From NCBI GenBank assembly GCA_965649265.1, contig CBFGKC010000004.1, positions 122,590 to 186,589 on the forward strand: a DNA stretch of 64,000 nucleotides, in the 5' to 3' direction. The notes under the pieces were generated by a model. That model had not been told where the DNA came from. It was given only the letters and a program-made list of their open reading frames with translations, and searched no databases. This document shows positions 1 to 9,274 of the stretch, one piece after another (positions within the stretch are counted from its first letter, which is position 1; the number at the start of each line of letters is the position of its first letter). This DNA is from a candidate division WOR-3 bacterium. GTDB lineage: Bacteria; Hydrothermota; Tepidihabitantia; B3-TA06. A program made the position numbers and the translations under genes.

Positions 1-1
1 G

Positions 2-205
2 GTCGCACTGGCTGTCAGGAACGAATTCAAGAGGCAGGGTATAGGCGCGAAACTCATGATCAAGACGGAAGAGATCGCCCGCGAAAAGAACTGCGCGAAG
101 ATTGAACTCACCTCAGGCCTCGAGCGTACGGAAGCTCACGATTTTTACCGCGCGATAGGTTTTGAAGAGAAATCCAGAAGATTCACCAAAGACCTCGTAT
201 ACTGA
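2..205 (+). CDS. GNAT family N-acetyltransferase, 3' part (truncated by window start)
   Basis: Manual frame-2 translation VALAVRNEFKRQGIGAKLM...AHDFYRAIGF...; acetyl-CoA motif RQGIG and FY..xGF; TGA at 203-205. Confidence 0.85.
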   Translation, partial: VALAVRNEFKRQGIGAKLMIKTEEIAREKNCAKIELTSGLERTEAHDFYRAIGFEEKSRRFTKDLVY

Positions 206-302
206 AACTAACACGCGGGGACCATATGCGGCTTGATGCCTCCAGTGAGTACTTAGGCTATATCTAAACGACACAGTCAATGTCTCGAAAAGGGGCTTTA
301 CA

Positions 303-330
303 TTGACAGCCATCGTCACCAAAGTATAAT
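303..330 (+). promoter_or_regulatory. sigma70 promoter TTGACA-N16-TATAAT
   Basis: Perfect -35 and -10 hexamers upstream of the CDF transporter. Confidence 0.8.
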
Positions 331-453
331 CGACCCTGGTTAACAAGAGAGAAGGACTTTGAGTTCCGAATCCTTGTACTGGTGTAGCCGACTGGACAGG
401 CTTTCCTGAGGTGAGACCCTTTTTGAAAACTTGTTAAGAAGGAGTATCCTTTA

Positions 454-1356
454 ATGCGAGCTAGCGAACTACGCGCCCGCAAGGCCAAGCGTGTTACATG
501 GATAGGCCTTATTGTGAATGTAGCCCTTACCGCACTAAAGTTGCTTTCAGGAATCCTGGGTCGCAGCGGGGCGATGGTCGCCGACGCGATACATTCCCTC
601 TCAGATTTTGCCACGGATGTGGTTATTCTGTTCGGATTCCGTTTCATACACAAACCTGCGGACAAATCTCACCGATACGGGCACGGCAAGATCGAAACAT
701 TTTCGGCTTTTCTTATTGGTGCGGCTCTTCTTTTCGTCGGTGTAGGAATTCTCTGGGGAGGCGTGGAAAAAATAATCCTGACAATCCAGGGCAAGATACT
801 CGAAAAGCCTGGCTGGATTGCGTTCGCAGCGGCGCTCGTGTCCATCGCGGCCAAGGAATTTTTATACTGGTTTACCATCAAGGTAGGCAAGGACATATCA
901 AGCCAGGCGGTAATAGCCAACGCATGGCATCACCGCTCCGACGCTTTCTCTTCCATAGGCACCGCGATAGGCATAGGCGGCGCGATAGTTCTCGGCGAAA
1001 AGTGGAGGGTGCTTGATCCTGTGGCTGCGGTGGTCGTCAGCTTTTTCATCATCAAGGTGGCGCTTGAGATCACTATATCCAGCATAAAGGATTTGCTTGA
1101 GGCATCGCTCGACGATAAAACCGAAGAGAAAATAATGAAGATCATTTCAAGTGTGCACGGTGTTTTCAATCCGCATGATCTCAAGACGAGAAGGCTCGGT
1201 AATAACGTTGCGATAGACGTTCATATCGATGTAAAGAATACCATGGGTATAATGGAAGCCCATGACATCGCAACAAGGGTTGAGGAGAAACTATACAAGG
1301 AGTTTGGCGAGGATACGGTCATTTCCGTCCACATGGAACCTGCAGGGTCGAGATAA
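454..1356 (+). CDS. Cation diffusion facilitator (FieF-like) transporter
   Basis: ADAIHSLSD, H.YGHGKIE and HHRSD motifs; about 6 TM helices; C-terminal ZT dimerisation domain. Confidence 0.93.
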   Translation: MRASELRARKAKRVTWIGLIVNVALTALKLLSGILGRSGAMVADAIHSLSDFATDVVILFGFRFIHKPADKSHRYGHGKIETFSAFLIGAALLFVGVGILWGGVEKIILTIQGKILEKPGWIAFAAALVSIAAKEFLYWFTIKVGKDISSQAVIANAWHHRSDAFSSIGTAIGIGGAIVLGEKWRVLDPVAAVVVSFFIIKVALEITISSIKDLLEASLDDKTEEKIMKIISSVHGVFNPHDLKTRRLGNNVAIDVHIDVKNTMGIMEAHDIATRVEEKLYKEFGEDTVISVHMEPAGSR

Positions 1357-1609
1357 GATATAAGCGCTGCAATATTAACCAATTGACGTCTAGGTTTGGT
1401 CCGGCTCTGAGGTGGTCCGGACTTGACTTTATTCCTTTACAAGGCATAATGAAAACAGGATTCAAACAGACTTTTGTTATGTTTTAAGGAGGTTTCTTGC
1501 GAGAATCAACGAGTGTATGTGCCGGGACGAGTCTTTTCCTGTGCCATTCAACGTATCTACCCAAACAAAAAGCCTGCAGAAGAATAACATCAATCGCAGA
1601 GGCAAGCGC

Positions 1610-1870
1610 ATGACGTCGGAAAAACTCGTGACGGTACTTTCCACCTCCGACGCAACGATGATCACGCTTGTCAAATCCTTCCTTGACGGGGAGGGGATAC
1701 GCTACATAGTCAAGGGTGAGGGCACCCAGGGGCTTCTCGCGCCATCGGCGCTGTGGGGGCAATCTTCCCTGACCATCGTGACCATACAGGTTCTCGAGCA
1801 GGACTCGGAGGTTGTTTTTGATTTCCTCAAGAAGATGCAAGCTGGAGACAGTCAAGATTTGCCTGATTGA
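1610..1870 (+). CDS. DUF2007-like (putative signal-transducing) protein
   Basis: LVKSFLDGEGI.YIVKGE...IQV pattern; start moved to ATG 1610. Confidence 0.7.
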   Translation: MTSEKLVTVLSTSDATMITLVKSFLDGEGIRYIVKGEGTQGLLAPSALWGQSSLTIVTIQVLEQDSEVVFDFLKKMQAGDSQDLPD

Positions 1871-1920
1871 TCAACCGACCTCGTCCAGGCGGGTTAGTGT
1901 CGCGGAAAAAGGAGTGAATT

Positions 1921-2493
1921 ATGAGAACAATTCTCGGCGTTGTCGCTGCCTTCAGTATCCTGGTTTTGACGCCGGGATGCGTGAGGCAAACTATTAACCA
2001 AAAGGAGAGCGAAATGGCTGAAATCGAAAAGTCCGAACCGAAAGTCAACGTAAGGTTCATATTTTCGATATGCAATGACGTTGAAGAAATGCGCAGGTTT
2101 TACTCCGACCTTCTCGGCATGAAGGAACAGGCTTTTTACAAGGCCGAGGACGGAAAGTTCGGATATCTTTCGTACATGTGCGCGGGCGGCCTTGAGGTGG
2201 ACTTCTTCTATACCGGTAAAGAAGTGCCGGCATTGACCGAGTGGGCATGGCAGCCGGGTTACGAGGGAGGCAATTTCATGGTTACTTCCTGGGCGATAGA
2301 AATCCCGGAGGAGGATTTTCCCGCAACTGTAAAGCGTCTCAAGGATGCCGGAGTCAAGTCGTTTTCCGGCAATCCCGAGTGGCGGCAGGATTCGTACTGG
2401 GGCTTTTCGGTGGCCGACCCGCAGGGAAACACCATTGAGGTTTACGCCATGCCAAAGGAAAAACCTGGGGCCACAACCTGGCCTGGAAACTAA
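1921..2493 (+). CDS. VOC/glyoxalase family protein with N-terminal lipoprotein-like signal; alternative start at 2014
   Basis: RRFYSDLLG and ADPQGNTIEV motifs; hydrophobic N-terminus ending LTPGC. Confidence 0.85.
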   Translation: MRTILGVVAAFSILVLTPGCVRQTINQKESEMAEIEKSEPKVNVRFIFSICNDVEEMRRFYSDLLGMKEQAFYKAEDGKFGYLSYMCAGGLEVDFFYTGKEVPALTEWAWQPGYEGGNFMVTSWAIEIPEEDFPATVKRLKDAGVKSFSGNPEWRQDSYWGFSVADPQGNTIEVYAMPKEKPGATTWPGN

Positions 2494-2503
2494 GGGGCAG
2501 GCT

Positions 2504-2869
2504 ATGTTCAAAGGCATCAACACCGTTACCGTATACGTGAAGGACCTGGAGAGAGCCAAGAAGTTTTACATCGAGATCCTTGGTTTTGAACTTGCCTATG
2601 ATGTCCATCCCTCTCTTTCATTCCTCAAGGTCGCAAGCACCCACGTCTATCTTGAGGGCGGGTACGATCCCGTCGAAATCACGGACAAGTCAGCTCGTTT
2701 GAGTTTCTTTCTCGAAGCGGAAGGATCGGTGAAAGAAGTATTCGACACCCTCAAATCGAAGGGAGTAAAGACTATCCAGGAATCTCCGGAACAGGTCGGT
2801 GACGACACGTGGTGGTTTCAGTTCAAGGACCCTGACGGAAACATACTAGAGGTTTCGGGTAAACCCTAA
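2504..2869 (+). CDS. VOC/glyoxalase family protein
   Basis: VKDLERAKKFYIEILGF and FKDPDGNILEV; start MFKG at 2504. Confidence 0.9.
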   Translation: MFKGINTVTVYVKDLERAKKFYIEILGFELAYDVHPSLSFLKVASTHVYLEGGYDPVEITDKSARLSFFLEAEGSVKEVFDTLKSKGVKTIQESPEQVGDDTWWFQFKDPDGNILEVSGKP

Positions 2870-2884
2870 GAATCCAGAGGTGCA

Positions 2885-3280
2885 GTGATGCAGACGAAAA
2901 CAATAAAGCAGTGCTTTACCATAAGGGCGTCGGCTCACGATGTCTACGAGACGCTCATGGATTCAGACAAACACTCGCAGATGACGGGCGAGAAGGCCAG
3001 GATATCCAGAGATATCGGCGGCAAGTTTTCGGCATACGACGGGTACGCATCGGGCGAGAATCTCGAACTGGTGCCCGATCAAAAAATCGTCCAGACCTGG
3101 CGTGCGTCTGATTGGCCAAGGGGACATTTCTCCAAAATAACCATCACCTTGTTTGAATCCAAAGGTAATACGGAACTTTCCTTCGTTCAGGAGGAAGTTC
3201 CCGAGGAGTTCTACGACGACGTGTACGAGGGCTGGTTCGACTTCTACTGGGAACCCATGAAGCGGATGCTCGAGGACTGA
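2885..3280 (+). CDS. SRPBCC / AHSA1-like domain protein
   Basis: GGKFSAYDG, ELVPDQKIVQTWR and GW.DFYW pattern. Confidence 0.85.
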   Translation: MMQTKTIKQCFTIRASAHDVYETLMDSDKHSQMTGEKARISRDIGGKFSAYDGYASGENLELVPDQKIVQTWRASDWPRGHFSKITITLFESKGNTELSFVQEEVPEEFYDDVYEGWFDFYWEPMKRMLED

Positions 3281-3906
3281 TGCTTGTGAAAAGAAATGCA
3301 TATGACGAAAGGTACGGCGGGAACCATTACTATTGGGGCAAGGAACCTTCTTCCTTATGCGAACTCGTCCTCAAATCCTTTGAAGCGCCGCAGGGGCGTC
3401 GTCCCGCCCTGATAGATCTCGGCTGCGGCGAGGGTCGCAATGCCGTATTCTTTGCTAAGCGCGGGTTCGACGTGACCGGCCTCGACCTGTCTCTGCCCGG
3501 CTTGAAAAAAGCCGAAAAATACGCCAGCCAGGAGGGGGTGTCAGTCACCACCATCCATGAAGACATCCGCACCTTTGCAATCGAAGGCAAATGGGACGTT
3601 ATCTTTTCCACAGGAACGATTCACTACCTCCAGCCGGAACTCCGGGAGACCTGGTTCGAGAACGTCAAAAGAGCCACATCTCCGACAGGACTCAACGCAT
3701 TCTCCGTGCTCGTGACCAAATCATTCCTGCCCAGGCCTCCGGACGGTGAAAGCTCGGCATACCCGGTCAAGTCTGGCGAGATAATGAGTTATTACCAGGA
3801 CTGGGAAATACTCCACATCGCGGAGGAGGTATTCGACTGCATGTCGTCGGGCGTCTCCCACAAGCACGTAGTAAACCGCATGATCGCTCGCAGGTATAAG
3901 GGATGA
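3280..3906 (+). CDS. Class I SAM-dependent methyltransferase (TehB-like)
   Basis: IDLGCGEGRNAVFFA motif I. Confidence 0.9.
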   Translation: MLVKRNAYDERYGGNHYYWGKEPSSLCELVLKSFEAPQGRRPALIDLGCGEGRNAVFFAKRGFDVTGLDLSLPGLKKAEKYASQEGVSVTTIHEDIRTFAIEGKWDVIFSTGTIHYLQPELRETWFENVKRATSPTGLNAFSVLVTKSFLPRPPDGESSAYPVKSGEIMSYYQDWEILHIAEEVFDCMSSGVSHKHVVNRMIARRYKG

Positions 3907-4268
3907 AGCACCGGGAGGAGGGGGAATACCCCGATTTCAGACCTCGCTTCGAACAGGAGGTATTCTCCTGGCCGCACGTCACGACGAGATACATGTTCGG
4001 GTGCCTTGCCTATATGTCTTGCGGCAAGATGTTCGCCTTCCTCCAGAACGAATCCGTTGTTCTCACGAACATCGACGGCGAATCCAGGGATGCCCTTTGC
4101 GCCGGGCACGAAGCTTTTGCGTTCGAGTCCTCCAACGGCAAAACGGTCGGGGACTGGCTCGAGGTCGTGATATCGGACGAATCCGAACTCGGTGAAATCA
4201 TGTCCCACGTCCGCAAGAGTTACGAGACCGCTCTCGCCAGGTCTCAAGGTAAAGGTAAAAAGAGGTGA
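3903..4268 (+). CDS. TfoX-N / MmcQ-like protein
   Basis: RYMFG...GKMFA and W.EV motifs; ATGA coupling to the upstream gene. Confidence 0.65.
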   Translation: MKHREEGEYPDFRPRFEQEVFSWPHVTTRYMFGCLAYMSCGKMFAFLQNESVVLTNIDGESRDALCAGHEAFAFESSNGKTVGDWLEVVISDESELGEIMSHVRKSYETALARSQGKGKKR

Positions 4269-4324
4269 CGGAAATCGAAGATTACCACTTTTGTCGATCG
4301 GCAGCAAAGTAAAGGAGGCGCAGT

Positions 4325-4603
4325 ATGCTCTGGTTATGGATAATACCGGGGGTGATCGTTTTTTTCGGTCTGATAATTCTCATGGGCTCACTCGTGATGT
4401 TGCGCAAGATGCCTTCCATCTCAAAGCCGCTTTCTGAAAGCGATGTCTCGATATGCGCCGAAATCGTTAAGGGGAGGAGGGCGGGGAGGGCGAGGAGGCC
4501 CGTAACACCTTACCCCTTCGTTTGCAGCTGGGCGGTCCGCCACTCGGCCTGCCCGTGCCTGCCGTGCAAAAAACTCGAGCAGGCGAAGTCAGGCACAAAT
4601 TAA
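4325..4603 (+). CDS. Small membrane-anchored hypothetical protein
   Basis: AAGGAGG SD; single N-terminal TM helix; Cys-rich tail. Confidence 0.55.
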   Translation: MLWLWIIPGVIVFFGLIILMGSLVMLRKMPSISKPLSESDVSICAEIVKGRRAGRARRPVTPYPFVCSWAVRHSACPCLPCKKLEQAKSGTN

Positions 4604-4863
4604 CTTCACCTCAAATGTGATCTCACAATCGCAAGGACGAAGTAGGAATCTGGAGTTTTAGCTTTTTTTCCCTCAATTCCTACTGCGACCTGACTTCGAG
4701 GCGTCTATGGGCGTTTCTCTCCGGAATAACACTGTAATACTTTACAATTTTTTTGACCGGCTTCTTCAGCGGGCAAATCGCCTCGAAATCGGGTGAAAAC
4801 CCCTGTTTTGTCCATCTTTTGTCCCACTTTTGTCCAGCTTTTTTTTCAGGGGGTAATAAACGT

Positions 4864-4898
4864 ATCCCCGCAAACGTTCGAAACATCTGCGGGGATAA
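4864..4898 (-). terminator. Hairpin downstream of the 4917-5363 gene (probable terminator)
   Basis: TATCCCCGCA...TGCGGGGATA inverted repeat. Confidence 0.5.
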
Positions 4899-4916
4899 CA
4901 ATTTTTTAAGAGTATT

Positions 4917-5363
4917 TTAGAAGTAAAATCTGAGACCTATACCACCGCCCAGGCCGACATCCGTCGCTGGGTAGAGATAAATGAGCGGGTCAAGTTCTCC
5001 GTAGAAGCTTATCGGTGCGTAAATGAATTCAAGACCGAGAGGTATGCGGCCTGCGATGTTGAAATAGTCATTGGCCCGCATTCCCAGTTGTCCACCAAGA
5101 CCAATGTACGGCGCAAGTTCGCCTCTGCCACTTATAGGGATATTGAAGTGATAAAGGTAACCTGCCTGAACGCCGAGATAGTCAACTATCAGATTCCATC
5201 CCACCGTAAGGTCTATGGCACTTTGACCACCGATCCAGAATTTTCCTGTTATTCCGCTGGGTTCGCCGAATTGGACGCCTAATCCCACATTGCCGTGAGA
5301 CGCCAGAAGCGTTCCCGAGAAAACAGTTAATATGATAACTGATGCAATTACTAAACGTTTCAT
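4917..5363 (-). CDS. Small outer-membrane beta-barrel protein (DUF3996-like)
   Basis: Signal peptide; GLGVQFGEPSGITGK; alternating beta strands; C-terminal GLRFYF barrel signal. Confidence 0.8.
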   Translation of the reverse strand: MKRLVIASVIILTVFSGTLLASHGNVGLGVQFGEPSGITGKFWIGGQSAIDLTVGWNLIVDYLGVQAGYLYHFNIPISGRGELAPYIGLGGQLGMRANDYFNIAGRIPLGLEFIYAPISFYGELDPLIYLYPATDVGLGGGIGLRFYF

Positions 5364-5623
5364 TTTTCCTCCTTGAATCTGCTATATTATTCCTTACTAA
5401 AGCAATGTCAAGAACGAATCGAAAGGGAAGCGATTAAAAGACAAATCAAAGTTGCAGAGAAAATAGCGTGAGTTTTTCTGAGAATCCAGGTGGTTATTTT
5501 TGAAATTGCCAAGTGAGTCTGTCGTCTAATTCTCTCAAATCGAATAATGAGGATTCGTCAAAACTGTTGACAAGCAAACGTAGAACTGTAATCTAGAATA
5601 AATGCTCGATAGAAGGAGGCATC

Positions 5624-6445
5624 ATGTCCGACTTGCTAGACGTTTCCCGTGAGTACCACACCATTGTCAGCAGGCGGCTGGAGGCCAGAGGGTTTTCCAG
5701 CGAGCAGGTTCTCGTTCACAAACGGATACTCGAGTTGGCCGGAACCGCAAAAGACACAAGTGACCTCGAGGGTAAAAAGGAGGCTGAGAACCTCAATTTC
5801 AGACTCGCTCAGGCTCTCTCCATAGATAACTGGCTCGCCAGGGCGAAGGCGGCCTCGGAGTCAGGTGAAACGCTCGCAAAGAAGCTCTTCGAGGAGACCG
5901 CGGACGCTGCCCGCAAGGCAGCGGACCACGCGTCGCTCGCAAAGTCCGTTGACGAGGCGAGCACCCAAGGCACCCAGATGCTAGCAATCCAGGAGTATGT
6001 AAAGAGTTCATTCATCTCCGCGCTCTACGCGATCTTTGCCTATCGCATAACGCACCCGGCCAACGTCGAGGAGCGCAAGAGGCAGAAGGCGAATCTCGAT
6101 ATCCACACTTCCGAGATCAAAAAGAAAGGCTCGAGCTTCGAGCAGCTTCTCGGAGACTTCTACTATAAAAGTTTCGCGCCGCTTTCCGAAGTGCAGTGGA
6201 AGGAAATCGAAAAAATCTACAAGTCCATGCAATCCTCCGAAACCGACAAGGTGGCCCGGAACTCTCTCGAAGACGAGGTCAAGAAGGCGAACGGGGTGCT
6301 TAAGGGCAAGATGACGGAACTCAAGGAGCTACAGGCTTACATCGAATCAACGGGTACGCGGATGGCCTACCTCGGCATCTCCCCGAAGGAAGAACCTGGC
6401 CCATACACGTTCGAAAAAATCTGGGAAGGGGGCAGGGATGAATGA
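5624..6445 (+). CDS. Hypothetical alpha-helical / coiled-coil protein
   Basis: 273-aa ORF with AGGAGG SD and a promoter at 5567-5594; no motif recognised. Confidence 0.8.
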   Translation: MSDLLDVSREYHTIVSRRLEARGFSSEQVLVHKRILELAGTAKDTSDLEGKKEAENLNFRLAQALSIDNWLARAKAASESGETLAKKLFEETADAARKAADHASLAKSVDEASTQGTQMLAIQEYVKSSFISALYAIFAYRITHPANVEERKRQKANLDIHTSEIKKKGSSFEQLLGDFYYKSFAPLSEVQWKEIEKIYKSMQSSETDKVARNSLEDEVKKANGVLKGKMTELKELQAYIESTGTRMAYLGISPKEEPGPYTFEKIWEGGRDE

Positions 6446-7517
6446 GCAGGTGAAGCAGATGGTCGCCGGTTTCAAGCTGGCGTATGAGACGTACAAGGGT
6501 ATGCTTTCCGCGGAGGAGTTCGGTCCGCTCGAAGCGGTCTACAACGAGATGGAGACGATTGCCGAGTCCGCAGTAGACTTCACGGCGTTCAATGACGCGG
6601 CCGCAAAGGTGGACATATTCACTCGCCTTTCCACCGAACTCGGAAAGGCGCAGGCCTTGCTCGACTCCAAACCGAAATCCGAGCGCAAGACGCTTTCGGC
6701 CGAGGGCTTTATTGCCCAGTACCGGACGCTATACGAACAGGCCCAGGCCGCTCCGCATACCTACCGGACGCGCGAGGTATACGAAAAGCTGCTGCCGCTC
6801 GGGGACGGCGCGGAAACGCCACTCGAGGTCGTACGCAAGGCCGAGGATGAGAACCTGTTCCACAGGATAGGGGCTATGGGTGTCTACGACACATACAAGC
6901 TGGATTATGACAAGCTGGATCCCAACGAAGCCCCTTTTAGAGATTTCAGAATGGACGTTTTAGAAATATGCGAGAAGTCTGAGACCGCAGATGAACTAAC
7001 CTACAATGTTGATAGACGCGTGTACGAGTCGCAGAAAGAGATAGCACATGACAACTTCATTACCCAGATGATTGCCAACCTCGTCGGCTCCTTCCTGAAC
7101 CTCGAACTCTCCAAGACCGCAGTACGGACTGGACGGCTCGACTACATCGCCGCGGTCGCCATATACCGTGAAGAAGCTAGAGAGGCGTACCGCATCCTTG
7201 TGGATGAATTCGGCCTTGACTGGGGTAAGTTCATGTCCACCGAGCGCTACAAGAAACGTTTTCTCATGCAGGCGGCTGTTATCCCCGAGACCACTCGCGT
7301 TTTCCAGGCAATGGCACCCGAAAACCTCGAGTGGATGCGGGAGACCATTTTCGAAGAGGTTCTCTCCCCGCTTTCGCTTGCCGACATCATCCTGCGCAGG
7401 TCATCAAACGTTTTTCACCCTCTCGCACTCGAGGAGCATTCCATAAAACACGGCTTAGACGCGAAGCTCAAATCAAGATCGCTCGAACTCGTAAAGGACT
7501 TCTACTGGGCGAAGTAA
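6438..7517 (+). CDS. Hypothetical alpha-helical protein
   Basis: 359-aa ORF overlapping the upstream stop; no motif recognised. Confidence 0.8.
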   Translation: MNEQVKQMVAGFKLAYETYKGMLSAEEFGPLEAVYNEMETIAESAVDFTAFNDAAAKVDIFTRLSTELGKAQALLDSKPKSERKTLSAEGFIAQYRTLYEQAQAAPHTYRTREVYEKLLPLGDGAETPLEVVRKAEDENLFHRIGAMGVYDTYKLDYDKLDPNEAPFRDFRMDVLEICEKSETADELTYNVDRRVYESQKEIAHDNFITQMIANLVGSFLNLELSKTAVRTGRLDYIAAVAIYREEAREAYRILVDEFGLDWGKFMSTERYKKRFLMQAAVIPETTRVFQAMAPENLEWMRETIFEEVLSPLSLADIILRRSSNVFHPLALEEHSIKHGLDAKLKSRSLELVKDFYWAK

Positions 7518-7582
7518 ATCGCTCGAAACCTTTTATTAGCATCTTACGTCATCAATATTGTATCTAAAAAAAGGAGTAGAGC

Positions 7583-7933
7583 GTGAGATGCTTTTTGAGT
7601 TGGATGCTTGCAGTTGGAGCCATACTCGTTCTCGGATGCAGCGGTGTGTCCCAGGCAGGGATAAGGATTGATAATCCCGACGACAAGGCGGTCAAATTTG
7701 CAGGCTACTACGAGAGCGCATCGGGTCGAACCGATATTGACGGCGTAACCAGAGCCACCTATAAGGTTCCGGTTTCAGACACCGGCGATTTCGTCAGAAT
7801 TGCCTTAGTCAAGACCGATACCACCGACAGTGTTGACGAACTCAGGGTCAAGCTTTTCTATGCCGGTCGCCGGGGCATCGCGAGAGTTATAAAACCGGGC
7901 GACAGCGCCATTGTAGAATACAACGTCAAGTAG
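7583..7933 (+). CDS. Small lipoprotein
   Basis: AAGGAG SD; signal peptide with lipobox VLGC. Confidence 0.7.
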   Translation: MRCFLSWMLAVGAILVLGCSGVSQAGIRIDNPDDKAVKFAGYYESASGRTDIDGVTRATYKVPVSDTGDFVRIALVKTDTTDSVDELRVKLFYAGRRGIARVIKPGDSAIVEYNVK

Positions 7934-7969
7934 AGCCCCCTGCGCTCACATTGGATTTGCAACAATGAG

Positions 7970-8011
7970 ACAGCAGAAACCGAAGGGTTGTACCCATGCG
8001 CCCCCGGCGCT
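7970..8011 (-). repeat. REP-like element family A, dispersed copy
   Basis: Reverse complement AGCGCCGGGGGCGCATGGGTACAACCCTTCGGTTTCTGCTGT aligns with 48820-48861. Confidence 0.75.
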
Positions 8012-8185
8012 CCCACTCACTCAAAATTCCCCATCAGCGTTTGTCTCAGATACTGTGGCGATTCGAAAGCATCTTCCAAACCCGAACAACTGGTGATAGT
8101 TGTAAACACAGAGCCTTGGCAAACGTCTAGTAGTTCCAGGACAGCTATCTGACTAAATCGCAAAATACCTAAAAAAGGAGGTCTA

Positions 8186-8971
8186 GTGGACGACAAAGAA
8201 GCCGGTCGCTACTGGGAAGAAAACGCCGAGGCGTGGACGCTTCTGGCTCGGATGGGAGCAGATATCTACCGCGATCATTTCAATACACCCGGGTTTCTTT
8301 CAATCCTTCCCGACGTTGCGGGGCTTCGTGGTCTCGACATAGGCTGCGGCGAGGGTTACAACACGCGCAAGCTTGCTGAACGAGGTGCGGTTATGACAGC
8401 CGTAGACATTGCACCTACCTTTATTCGCCACGCCCTTGAAGAAGAAACAAACCATCCACTGGGAATAAACTACAATGTCGCGAGTGCAGCAGAACTCCCG
8501 TTTCCTGAATCGTCCTTCAACTTCGCTACCGCTTTTATGAGCATCATGGACATGGCATCGGATGAAAAGGCAATCAGAGAAGCTTTCCGCGTCATAAAAC
8601 CAGGTGGTTTTCTTCAATTCTCTATCTGTCATCCCTGCTTTACGTCCACCAAAAACACCTGGATCGACGACGATCAGGGTCGTCATATCGCCATGGCTGT
8701 CTCAGACTATTTCAAAGAGGGGGAGGGGGAGATCATTGAATGGATTTTCCATGAAGCGTCTCCTGAACTTAAGACGAAGCTGAAAAAGTTCCGCATGCCA
8801 ACTTTCCACCGTACCCTGAGCGGATGGCTGAACCTCTTGATTGATACTGGTTTCGCAATCGAACGCGTTCACGAACCGACGGCCTCAGATAAGACAATCA
8901 AAAACTATCCATGCCTTGCCGACACAAGGATTATTTCCCATTTTCTCATATTGCGCTGCAGGAAACCATGA
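8186..8971 (+). CDS. Class I SAM-dependent methyltransferase
   Basis: LDIGCGEG; RVIKPGG; HRTLS.WLN. Confidence 0.9.
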   Translation: MDDKEAGRYWEENAEAWTLLARMGADIYRDHFNTPGFLSILPDVAGLRGLDIGCGEGYNTRKLAERGAVMTAVDIAPTFIRHALEEETNHPLGINYNVASAAELPFPESSFNFATAFMSIMDMASDEKAIREAFRVIKPGGFLQFSICHPCFTSTKNTWIDDDQGRHIAMAVSDYFKEGEGEIIEWIFHEASPELKTKLKKFRMPTFHRTLSGWLNLLIDTGFAIERVHEPTASDKTIKNYPCLADTRIISHFLILRCRKP

Positions 8972-9148
8972 TTCCAGTAACACGACGATTTGCTTGGAAA
9001 TTAAACTCGAAGACCAGATGCTCCAGCAGGTTATTGATGCGTCAGCCGCGGGTCCGAGACGGTACTTGAGATTCCTGAATTGCGCACTAAAAGTTTATAA
9101 TGTAACTATAATGCGATGGTTACTTGTCGCGTACTGTTTTTCTAAGTC

Positions 9149-9176
9149 TTGACATTCTTTGAGTTGTAAGTATATT
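9149..9176 (+). promoter_or_regulatory. sigma70 promoter of the kinase-bEBP gene (TTGACA-N16-TATATT)
   Basis: Hexamers read directly from the sequence. Confidence 0.65.
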
Positions 9177-9274
9177 GTTATCAATTAAAAAACGGAGCTA
9201 GGGATGCAAGATACTGCAAGAAAGCGTCTTGGCAGGTGTTTACTGAGGATAATGGCAGAGGGGGAGCCGGTTCC

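Noticed and set aside
1610-4603. Run of small VOC, SRPBCC, methyltransferase and TfoX genes as integron cassettes
   Set aside because: The genes are tightly coupled or overlapping with no attC-like spacers.
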